This document shows, piece by piece, positions 26,707-37,667 of a DNA stretch of 64,000 nucleotides. The stretch lies in the NCBI GenBank assembly GCA_964187785.1, contig OZ076409.1, forward strand, positions 12,030,001 through 12,094,000, read 5' to 3'. Under the pieces are notes generated by a model. The model was given only the letters and a program-made list of their open reading frames with translations, had not been told where the DNA came from and made no database searches. A program made the translations under genes and the position numbers. This DNA comes from Amphiscolops sp. MND2022. Lineage: Eukaryota. Every line of letters begins with the position of its first letter. Within the stretch, counting starts at the first letter, position 1.

Positions 26707-29396
26707 TATTCTTTTCGTTCACCAGTTTCTGCTTATATAACTTCAAGTCATATGCCACTTTGCCTGGAGATTAACGCGGATTTCCAGGCCTAGTGATGAG
26801 GTGGGAGGAACAAGAGTACACGTGTTCGATTCCCGCTGTAAACCAATTTTTATGCTAGCAAAGTTGGAGGAAAGTCCAAAGGGTCCTTATTGGGTTTTTT
26901 CGGCACTATGCGACTTATTGTCTGAATTTTTCAAACCAAGCCCTCTTCGGTTTTAGGACCAACGCGTTTTGCAAGCATACAGGTCCCCTTAGGCACCATT
27001 TTTCGGCACTGTGCGACTTACCGAAGATATTTTTTCTACACATTTCTTAGTTTGTTTGAGGTTTTAGGTTAACGAAAACCGATTTCCGGTCTTGAGAGTG
27101 ACCTCTTTGGTTAAAGGTGAAGTCTTTGGGACTGATGAGAGTTGCCTCAAAAATAATAGTGATAAAGACTTCTTTCAGCTGTGTACAAGTTTTTAAAAAG
27201 TTATGTTCATTAGAGGTTCGCTGCTTCGGGTTTTTCGAGCCTAATGGCTAACACCCTTGGGTAATTTCGGCACTGTGCGACTTTTTTCGAACTCAAATTG
27301 TTCGCCAAAAACCCACTATATTATGTTTTTGTGATATATACAGTTAAGAAAAAGTCTTCTTTACCATGAAAGCTCCCCTTTTCTGCTGCAACAGTATACG
27401 AAAATCATCTCAGTGCCAGTGCGTTTCGTGTTTCAGTACATTTCAATTCTAATTTAAGCGTAGTTTGCCATAATTACTATTTCTGTTTGATTATTGATCC
27501 ATTTGTCAAGTCAGTGTGCACAATTTCTGTGGAAAGTGAAACGAATAAGTTATATCGAGAAGTCACTGGGACTTTCAATGCAAATGTGTTGAAGTTTCTG
27601 TGTCTAGTTTCATTTGTTGAATTTTCGTATGTTGAAATCTCTTGTGCTGAGTTTTCTGTTAATCATCTGACTTTCATCGTTCAAACTAGTGTTCGCTCCA
27701 CAAGTTTTATCTCCCACTTTGTATGCAATCTAAATTGATATCTTCAAAGTGACAGGGGACAATGGAATGACAAATTTGAACTTTTGGTCATTAGACATTT
27801 GCCCACATTCTTCGCTTAGGTAATTTTTAAAAATTTTTTCCAGCTTTTTCCACAGAAGTAATGATTAGCTCCCAAAATTCTGTATATCGTCTCAATTATC
27901 AATATGAATATATATATATTTTTTCATTATGCTATTTCATTCTCTCAAAGTATAGTTTGTACTACTGTCTTGTCAGGTTTGCTTCCAATGTGATTAAAAG
28001 TTTGTTTCATTAGTTGTTTTCTTTTAAAAAAGGATCGCTCAAGAAAATTTTAATGATAATTCTTCTATGCCCTGCCTTGATTCGTATGGACTACGGTACT
28101 GTTACCAGTGCGAAGATCATGTCGTTTACAATACATCGAAATTCAACTGATTGATTTTTTCGAAAATTTAGGTCCCAAATTCACTTTTATCTGCCCTGCG
28201 AAATCACTTTCTTCCTTTGAAAAAAATACTTTGCCAATCTCGAATGTAACCTCGAATCAAATTGTAAAACCTGATTTTTTTATGAGTTGAATTCATTTTT
28301 GTATGTTTTGGATGATGTTCGGTGAGCTAAAATTACTCATCTTAAACTGTGACGTCATCTTCGGTTACTGCGACCACTGCTGCGATGGCTTTTCTGAAAT
28401 CTGTGAATAATTCAGCCATTCGAGCCATCCATTTCCTGGCGATGGCGCGAAAAACACAATGAAGCAATATTTGGCACGCCTTGTGTGAATTTTGTTTTGG
28501 ACACGCGTGAAGAAAACAGTCTGAATAATAAATGGAGCAGAACGTTTGTTCATGCAACCGTGAATTTGCTTCCTTCCCTACTTACGCAAATGCAATGGTA
28601 CTCCACATGCTATATACCTGCCAACGAGGTTGCATAATTTTTTAATGTATGCTCAAAATGAATATCAGTTACAAAACGAGCCAAAATTTTAAATTACACT
28701 TGTATGTTTTTTCATGTTTCACGTGGAGCCTGGTTCGAAGTGGTGCACTCCAAAAAAACTACCCTAGTCGAGACTGCTTGTACTTTTTACATGCTGCATG
28801 GAAACATGCAGGCTGAATTTTTACAAAACATGAAAAATTCAGGCAGCATGCATGGAAAAATTTTGGAAAACTTCAAAGCACTTTGTAAAAAACTCAAAAA
28901 ATATATCATCAAAAAAGTTTCTAAGCCTAGTTTAACTAGATATTACGTATTATTTTTGTATGAACAGGCACAAAACAGCCATGAAGCAAAAAGTATAAAT
29001 TTATTAGTTCGAATCAGCTTCAATTGCCATTGCTAAAAAATGGATTAAAAAGAGTAATCGATCAAGTTTTACTACTTTCTTTGATCTTACCTCTTGAGAA
29101 CCTTTCGCATCGTCTGCTATCATAAATATCTTGTTTGAACAGCTTTCAAGGTATCACCGTTCCGAATTATCGTGTTTAAAACACTGCTCGAAAGTAGCAC
29201 TGAAATTTATCTTGATCGAAACTGTTTATTAAATTCGGATTTTATTCTTGTAACTGATTTTAAAATCTCGGATTTTATTCCACTGTAATTTTCATGCGTT
29301 TTGAAATTAAAATTCTGAGTTGAAATCTAATTGAATTCTGTTTTAAAACGATACCTTAATAAACCATAAATACTTTTGATTTCGCTTTTCGTTTTT

Positions 29397-29446
29397 TGAC
29401 AAAGGCTAAAAATTACGTAATTAATTGCGTAATTTTTAGCCTGTCA
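29397..29446. repeat. Near-perfect 40-50 bp palindrome
   Basis: TGACAAAGGCTAAAAATTACGTAATTAATTGCGTAATTTTTAGCCTGTCA; the core 29403-29442 is self-complementary except for one position pair. Confidence 0.85.
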
Positions 29447-30742
29447 TATCTACAAAAAGGAGCATCACGGTTCGAGTAACGAACGAATAACCAAGGTTTC
29501 AAAACTCCATTCTTATTTTGTTCTTTGAATATAATAAAAGTCAACATTAATACCATTCATTTGCATATAAGATGGTTTTTAGAATGTTTTTATCCATGAA
29601 CTTTTCGTTTTACCGTTCAATGAACTTTCTGTCAAAATCTTTTTGTGTTTATTCGTATGAATGAAATAATGGCTATTAGATCTTTACGACGATAACCGGT
29701 GTATGAGATAACCGGTCGAATGATCCTAAATTGCTTGATCGGGATCTATTAGGCTATCATTCGAGTATCATTGCTTATAAACCTGTTCTGTCTTGACATT
29801 ACTCTCGGTTAAGAGATCAGGTGTTTCATCACACGATCGAGTTTCAGCGCCCAGAACTGGAATCCTCAAAAAGGGATCTTTCAACCGATGAACAAAATTC
29901 ACGGAACTCCGTTAACGGTGGCGCAAAAATTGTGTTCGTAAAATTTTTCCCGAAACATCAATGAATTTTTGTTGCTAAATTTTGGCAATTTTCTGGCTGA
30001 CTTCCGTCAACGATTTAATCGGTTAATTTTTTTTCGGTTAACCTGTTGGGTCCTTTTGTTTTCACAGCCCAAATTGTCGATTCGTTTGATTTTCGACTAA
30101 TATGTTTCCGCAAACTTCTAGACATGATTTTATTTTGACTGGGAGAATATACAACAAAGCAAACCATGTAAGCTTGTATCGGTGGATTTTGCTGTAATTT
30201 TTTCCTTGAAAAGTTTCTTAGACAGTTCAAAAATACAGTTTTGTCAGAGACGGCTGATAAAAGAAACTACTTATTTACATAAATACGTCTGAGAGTCAGC
30301 GATGATCAATTATATTATTTCATCAGAAAATACAACGTATTTAGTTACTGAGTTTTTAAAAGATCTGCCAAATTGAATTTCATTTTCGATTTTTTTTGAA
30401 ACCGATTTTCAACTATGTGAGAAGTTTATACAGATTGAACCAAATTCAATCGAACTTTGGAAAAGCGAAATGACAGGGAAGGAATAGGATGTTTGTAAGA
30501 AAGAACTCCCCATTTCCTAAATGCTCGGTCTAAATTAGCAGACAATGGCGAAACTCCTAGTGAAACCCATGCAAATTCTTTTGATATGTTCAATATTGTA
30601 TAAATATTGTCCTGCACACTTTTCAATTTCTGTTATTCCTTCAATAAAATGAATTGTTTTGAAAACGTATTGCCCCTAACATGTATAGTTTTAAATAATG
30701 GAAAACACAAATAATCCGTTAAACATCTCACAGTTACCGAAA

Positions 30743-31105
30743 AAAGCCGGGAACGGCACAAGTCGGCGCCCCACTTAAGGCTCAAAAACAGCAAAAGTAC
30801 TTCACAGCGTCAAGAATTCTCTTGTTAATACTCTCTCAAAAAATCACAGGGGGACCATTTGGGAAAATTAGAAAAAAATAAGAAAAAAGTCTCACAGTGC
30901 CGAAAATAACCCTCAAATCAATTTCATTCAAATAACGTTCTGAAAATTTGAAAGAGAGAACCCTTCCGACCAATTTGCTATTTCGTAGAAATTTCGGAAA
31001 ATTTTGGCATTCGGCATGAAAATTCGACCGGATTAAAAAAAGAGAAAGCACGACGAAAAGCTACTATTATAGTCGCGCTTTATCTTATGAAGCGCAGACT
31101 AAAAA
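30743..31105 (-). mobile_element. HINE family 1 copy (diverged)
   Basis: AAGCCGGGAACGGCACAAGTCGGCGCC ... ATAGTCGCGCTT..GAAGCGCAGACTAAAAA. Confidence 0.65.
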
Positions 31106-32692
31106 TGTGGAACTTAATTTACAATTCAGACTGGCCTTGGTTCTATTCAAAATTTCATGCTTCCTTTTGTTCCATGTTTCTTTTGAAGTCGGATGGTGCT
31201 TTTGGATTTTCGAGGGGTATATCTCTTCTACAAATGTCTTGCTTTTAAAAAATCCAAGTTTTTGGTTGTTTTGGATACATAAGAGCGGTGTCTCAACTAC
31301 AGGAAACATTTCATGAATAAAAAAGGGAGTCTACGTTTTTTTAAGTAGCACACGCATACGATAATGAAGTTCACATTTTTGTAGATATAGGTTTTCTATC
31401 AATAATCTATAAAATGCGCAGGTGCGGGAAGTTCATGAATCATATGTGAGTTCATGTCGTTTTCGACAAAGTGAGCAAATTTCTGCTATGATGTTATTCC
31501 ATCGACTTTCGATGCTCATCCCAAATTTATTCCATCGTCTTTCTCCACACACGTTGATTAGGCTGTCAGTTTGAACAGGGATCAAAAAATACTTGAAGCT
31601 GTAATGTATCAGCAATCACAGTAGATGATATTAATGTTCAGATTCGCCGATGACTTGAAACAATGGCAATGAGTCGCAAATCTATGAACTTGAAAAATCT
31701 TTCCAGTAATAGTTGAAAATGAAAATAGTTGAAAGCGGGTTTTTGTGTCGTCAATTTTTTTCAAATATAATTTTACAAATATTACCCTTTATAAGGTGAT
31801 AAAGAAGCGTTATATGACTGTACTGTATGTAAAAATGTATATAATATGACGCTCTTTCTCATACGTTAGAATTCGCGAAGTCGGTAAATTTCTGCAATAG
31901 TCACTTGAAAAATACCTTTCAGAGAAGTTTTTGCCTAAAGAAAGTTTTGCGTAAATTTTAACTAACCTTGTTTGTCAGCGTTTTTCATTTTTGAAACTCT
32001 GAGCATCATATCGTACGTTGGATAAGTGAGCACTCTAAATGTTTCAAAACAGCATTCAGTTCATTAATATGTCAAAGTGTAGATTTAGAAGAGCAAGTAG
32101 TTCCTAGAGATAGCATTGCATACAACAAAAATTGTGCACTAACCCGAAAAACATCAATGTAGCTGAAAATATGTAACAATTTCCTGTTAATGTTCCCCGA
32201 ATTTTAATTTCAGAATTGTTGCCGAGTTTAACATATTGAATAATTCAAACTTTCTCGCTATTTTTGGTAGGCGCATTTAAAAAATGAGCGCGACTGTTCT
32301 GTGGAATTTTTTTTCTTTTTTTTGTCAGATAACAGAATGTATGACTAGTGGACACTTTTTACAGAAACTACTACACTACTGAACCGGCCAGCGGAAACGC
32401 ATCTAAGTTAGGGCAAAAGCCTCCTCTTTCATTTATTCCATTTTTAACGTAAGATACAAAACCGGACGAGACTAAAGGGTCCCCCTTTTGATTTTTTCGG
32501 CACTGTGAGACTTTTTTTCGAAAGTTTTTATACTTGATATATTATGAGGATTATGAGGTATTAAAAAATCTGATTATGAAACCAGATTTTTCCAGATTGA
32601 GAATGAAAACCCAGACACTTTTTAGAACCAAATTTCAACAAAGTATGAAAAGCCAGGTCACTTTGAAACGCTATATTTATTTATCGTTTCAG

Positions 32693-32830
32693 AATTTCGG
32701 TTATCAGACCCAAAGTCTCCCCCGACTCAACCCGAACATGAACTCGATGATGAACCAATCACCGGCCCCCAACGAAGACAAGACGAAGCGCAACCACAAA
32801 TACAACGACCATTTACCTCAACTACAGTAG
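32693..32830 (+). CDS. CDKL1: Probable terminal coding exon of the CDKL1/4-like kinase
   Basis: tttcag|NFGYQTQSLPRLNPNMNSMMNQSPAPNEDKTKRNHKYNDHLPQLQ*. Phase 0 matches exon 7. The LPRL...DHLPQL tail resembles CDKL1/4 C-termini as I recall them. Joined protein is 369 aa if there are no intervening exons. Confidence 0.65.
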   Translation, partial: NFGYQTQSLPRLNPNMNSMMNQSPAPNEDKTKRNHKYNDHLPQLQ

Positions 32831-32851
32831 CCTCCTCTTCTTGGACCTGCC

Positions 32852-32941
32852 AGTCCAGTTCTTTACCTTCCTTATATGGAAAGTCCAATTCTTTACCTTC
32901 CTTATATGGAAAGTCCAATTCTTTACCTTCCGTATATGGAA
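32852..32941 (+). repeat. 3 x 30-bp tandem repeat just after the CDKL stop codon
   Basis: Unit AGTCCA(G/A)TTCTTTACCTTCC(T/G)TATATGGAA. Confidence 0.9.
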
Positions 32942-35185
32942 AAACAAGTGTCCACAAAACAAACGTCAGATTCAGCAAACAGAATTTCTATCATTTCTCC
33001 TCTTTGCAAACAGATGCGTTCTTCTTTCCTAGACTGACCGACCGTGCGAATGCGGCAGGGTCAACTTCTAACCTCTTTGCAACTCAGAATGACCTTTTTT
33101 AAAGCCAATGACGAAAAGTTCTCTCCAGCAGAACTGAAAGTTTGCTTCGTGAAGTTTCAAACTCTACTACGTTTTGCATCTACGTCACTTATCACGTGAC
33201 TTTGTGTTACATAACTTCACAAGTCACGTGACCTACCCGTATGACCTCACTCTAAGTTGACAAATGTCGACATATTTTGTGTTGTTTATGCAACCAACCT
33301 TCGCATATTCCGCTGCTAGAAAGGCAACATGGTGGAACTATGTTACGTAATAACTTCAACTCCTTCGGGCCCTTTTGATAGGATTCGGGAGCCTAGTTTT
33401 TATCGTTCTGCAGATTCTTCACACACCTTTCATCTATCCCAAATTTTCATCTCAACTGAAATGAAGTGTAGTGCGTGTTCCTTCTCCTATTTCTCCACTC
33501 TATCGACGCTCTTCAGGCAAAAAATTCGAAATTGTTCAAATTTTTGATGTAGATTCTGTTATTTATGTTATCTGTTTGTTGTTGCTCAGTAGAAATTCAC
33601 GTATTCTTTTTACCCGTTTTTTTCAAACTACTTGTTGGTTGTAAAAGTGAACATCCAAAAATCTCAGCTTTCAAAGTTGGCTTTTACTTATATTTCCCAA
33701 AAGTATACCATATCTGAATTGCGAAATGCAAAATTCATGTTTTTCATTTTATGCGAACCGAGAGTAGAATTTTAAAAACTATTATGTAGTCACTGTTTTA
33801 CGTACCAACATTAGAGTGCATAGGCAAGCTTAATTTGCTCAAAGCGCAACTTTTTGCTTTCAATACCTCGGATTCCACGACCATACCTTTAACCGTGCAA
33901 AATTTGAATTGTTTGAAAAATTATTTGAAATAACTATTTTTCAAAATGAAATCTGAAAAATCTTGACAATTTTTCTCACTTTCAACCGAGGTTTCGACAT
34001 ATAGTAAAATGGATCAAATGAAAAAAATTACCAATTCGGTCCTACATAGTTTCATTTTTTCCATTGTTGAGCGGATAGTTCCACGTTCCAATTGCTTTAT
34101 TTTCGGCCCGAACAGTTACCATCATCACGTCTGTATTAGCGGGAATGAACAGTGTTCGATTGTTTCATATCAGCATCTATAACAATCTAGTTTTTTGACA
34201 CCATGCTTCATTTTCTCATGCTTCTTTTCGATGCACTTGTGATAAATTTATGACCGATGGTTTTTGAAACATTAATGACCCCAGCCAATGACGTTCACAA
34301 TCACAACTGGACCGCTGCACTGTCCGGCGCATAGTCCCGAAAAATCCAGGCACGGATGGAATTAATCATTGAAACATGGCTCAAAAAGCCAGGTAGTCAA
34401 ACATGCTGTTCCGTTAAATTACGGAATGTTTTTCGTTCTCAGTCAATATGCAAGTATTCACATACCTTTGTATTTTTAACGAAATTTTAACAACAAATCT
34501 TGAAAAAAACTTTCTGAAAGTATTCATCTATCGGTGTCGTACGAATTCACACTTAAAAGCAGTTTTTATTTTAAATTTTGCTTAGTATATATTTAACAGG
34601 TATACTCGACTTCAAATGAAGTATTTATGCTGAATGATTGCTTCCAGCGCGTTTGGCACCCACGCGCGATCTTCTTGGGCGTCAAAACGTTTTTTTTTGT
34701 AATTTTTTTAATGTTGGAGGAAATAACTGCCAACGAAATAACGTCCGAAGCTTTTTGGAAATAATGCCCAAGACTATTATTGGAATCAAAGTGCCAAAAA
34801 TGACTTCTAAAGAGTCAATCTGAAAACTAACAAGACGAGAACGTCTAGAGTCGGCGCTATATCTAAGGCTCAAAAAGTGCAAAACATTTTTTTGGGAAAA
34901 ACTTGAAAATTTTGTCTTTCGGAAAATGTCGCATAGTGCCAAAAATTGTAACTCGAAGGGGACCCTTTGGGGACATTAAAAGAATGTTTGAAAAACAGTC
35001 ACACAGTGTCGAAAAAAAATCGAAAAGGTTTTGTAAGTTACGCTGAAAAAGTAAAAAATGAATGGGCGAACCTTTGTATAAAATTTGCCTTGGCCGGACT
35101 TGGTCTTAGTGGTTTCAGGAGTTTTTCTAAAAAGTACACCGATCAGTGTGAGGCATGTAGTCTGAAGAAAAAAGTCACTGTAATA

Positions 35186-36571
35186 CACCATTTGCAATTC
35201 AAGTGAGTGAAAAAGCGCATTCAAGTGAGAACATGTCGTAAATGACATTCAAGTGAGAAATCGAACATTCAAGTGAGAGAAAACGAAAATTCAAGTGAGA
35301 GTGTTCATCCCTTGTTCAAAGCCTCTCCGAAAGTTTTCATTCTGATTAACTACTCGTCCAAATCATGCCATTCAGAGTCCCAGTTTTTGCCAAAGAATTA
35401 TCGCTGCATTTTTGAGCGGAGATGAACATTTTCGCGAAGTTGCCAATAGTAGCACGCCCCGACCAAGCTGTCCAGAGCCACAGGGGCAAGCGTTATCAAA
35501 AATTTGATGATGAAATGAAAGAAAAAGCAGTCGATATACTCAGCGAAAACCCCTCATCTTACTCAAATGTATGAACAAACAACTGAGTCAGGAGCTCCCA
35601 GAAAAACCTCAAGTACATATAAAAACATTAGCAAATGCCCTGGACGGACTTGCATATATCCTCAAGCTACCGCGTGACGTACCTGCAGACAGAAACAGGG
35701 CCTATGTCATCAACGAGAGATATGAATATGCGAGGTGGCTAACTAGTCCAAACGTGGTCAACACCTGCAAAATGTACGTTGACGAATGCGGAATGAACAT
35801 TCACACAAAGAGGAACCAAGCAGGCAGTATTAGGGGAACTAGGACATACCGCACCGTATCAGGATAGAAGGGACACAGCGTGGCAGTATGTTTGGGCATC
35901 GCCGCAGAATATGGGATTGTGTATTATGAGATATACAGAGGGGGCATGAGCATGTCCAGATACCAACAATTCGTTGGCTTATGTTGTGGAAATCTGATAG
36001 CGGATATTGTGTCAGGATACCTCATTTTCGATAACGCACCAGCCCATCGTGGCATTAAATTCCTGAATATGGACCAAATTAGCTTCAGACGTTTGCCAAA
36101 GTACAGTCCATTTTTGAACCCTGGAAATGTCGTTTCATGCTGGAAAAGTGAGTTCAAGAGTCAGCTCTCATCAAGGCTAAACGAGTTCATTCAGATAGCA
36201 CCTAATGGAGGAACGCTGGCCGATCAGAGATTCAATTTGCTTTCAGAAATATTAGAATCTATCAAACACGTGATAACTCCTGAATAATGCAGAACATGGG
36301 AACAGTTCGTATTCTCATACCTATTTTCTTGCCTGGCAAAAGAAAAAATCGACGGCTGAAACATTCTTTCGAAACTTTACATGTTAATTTATATATACTT
36401 TCATTTAAATTACTCTTTATTCGTTAATTTATGAACACTCTCACTTGAATTTCCGTTTTCTCTCACTTGAATGCTCGATTTCTCACTTGAATGTCACGGC
36501 ATGTTCTCACCTGAATGTGCTTTTACACTCACTTGAATGTGCCTTTTCTCTCACTCGAATTGCAAATGGTG
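35186..36571 (+). mobile_element. Tc1/mariner-IS630 superfamily DNA transposon (defective)
   Basis: TA|CACCATTTGCAATT ... AATTGCAAATGGTG|TA; long TIRs built from ATTCAAGTGAG repeats; internal DDE transposase remnant. Confidence 0.9.
35571..36359 (+). pseudogene. DDE (Tc1/IS630-type) transposase pseudogene
   Basis: Motifs YVDECGMN (first D), IFDNAPAH (second D) and LPKYSPFLNP. The catalytic E is lost and there are in-frame stops ending at 35867 and 36287. Confidence 0.85.
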
Positions 36572-37667
36572 TAGTCGGGCATTTTTCTTTAGAAGGAAAA
36601 CGTGCCTACTAAAAACCGATTCAAAATTGTTTTTTATGATTCGGCCTTCCTCCTTCCAGGCCGCTTCGCGACCCCTTCAAGAATCATTTCAGTTCGTGTT
36701 TCGGTGAGAATTGCCAATTTTCCAACAGTTTTTAAGGGTTAGGGATGCCAGGTTCCCTGTTTTCTATTTTGAAGATTCGATAAAAAGATGAGGTATCTGT
36801 AAAGCCTTCAATTTGGTACCAACTGACTTCTATGCAAAAATAAATACCAACGATTCTCTATCACACTAATGTACATATTGTAATAATGTAAATAAATATG
36901 AACCAACATATATAGAATCGTTATTGCACATTAGGAAATCAGATTGATTGACAGTTTGACAGTCTATGAACCGAATATTTCGGTATTGGTATTACACCGT
37001 ATAACATTCCCTTCCGCCTGGGCATGCTTTCTTCTGCTTTGTCGATGAACACGTCATCGGGCTTTGTTCTCTCTCGATATCCGCTGGTTTCAGTAGGTTT
37101 CCTGCTATTCCGATGAATCCTGAAACAATATTTTAAAACCCATATTCATGTCCAAAAATTTTATTGTCTATGGTTTACTCGTATCTACTCCGTTGTCTAC
37201 TTTCCCGATTTGACCTTCTTGTGAAAATATTTTCGGTTATTAGTTTTTTCATTTTTATTCTCACCGGTATGCATTTCACCATCGGTATATAGCTTCATTT
37301 CGTCCTCAGGATTGGTTGTTATCGGTTTACATCCCTTTCTTTCACACGTGTCAGGGTTTTCTATTTCGGAGTCACTCTCATCGTGGTCACCGATCTCTCG
37401 TTCCTCGCTCTCCGATCCGGGAGCTGATTTTCTTGTCGGGATTTGGATTGATTTCAATTTTCCATTCAGGATATCACTCAAAATCTGATTCCACTGAATG
37501 TTTTTCACGTCTACTCAGCGTAAGCAGTGTCCGTTTTTCGGTGTTATCTTGTCACCAATTAGGGGGCTCGTTCTTTCTTCTTTTCGTTCTGAAATACAAT
37601 TGGTCCCGAAATATGTTTTCGATGAATCGGGTTTCAATTTCGGTGGTTACCGTATGTTCCGTTCCGC

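Larger units (their letters stand above)
34829..36615 (-). mobile_element. HINE family 1 copy interrupted by the Tc1/IS630-like element
   Basis: AACAAGACGAGAACGTCTAGAGTCGGCGCT at 34829; the opposite end GTCACTGTAA-TA-GTCGGGC...ACTAAAAA is split at the TA. Confidence 0.7.

Noticed and set aside
28342..28557. Possible MULE transposase fragment (TDF..AI, C.F)
   Set aside because: The motifs are in the wrong order and too short; no supporting TIR or TSD.
32365..32406. Possible extra CDKL micro-exon (tttttacag|...|gttagg)
   Set aside because: The phase-0 reading hits a TGA, and the open frame is incompatible with the phase-0 terminal exon. It would need transcript evidence.
35186..35310. ATTCAAGTGAG repeats with short variable spacers resembling a mini-CRISPR
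   Set aside because: Mirrored at 36431-36571; they are modules of a transposon TIR.
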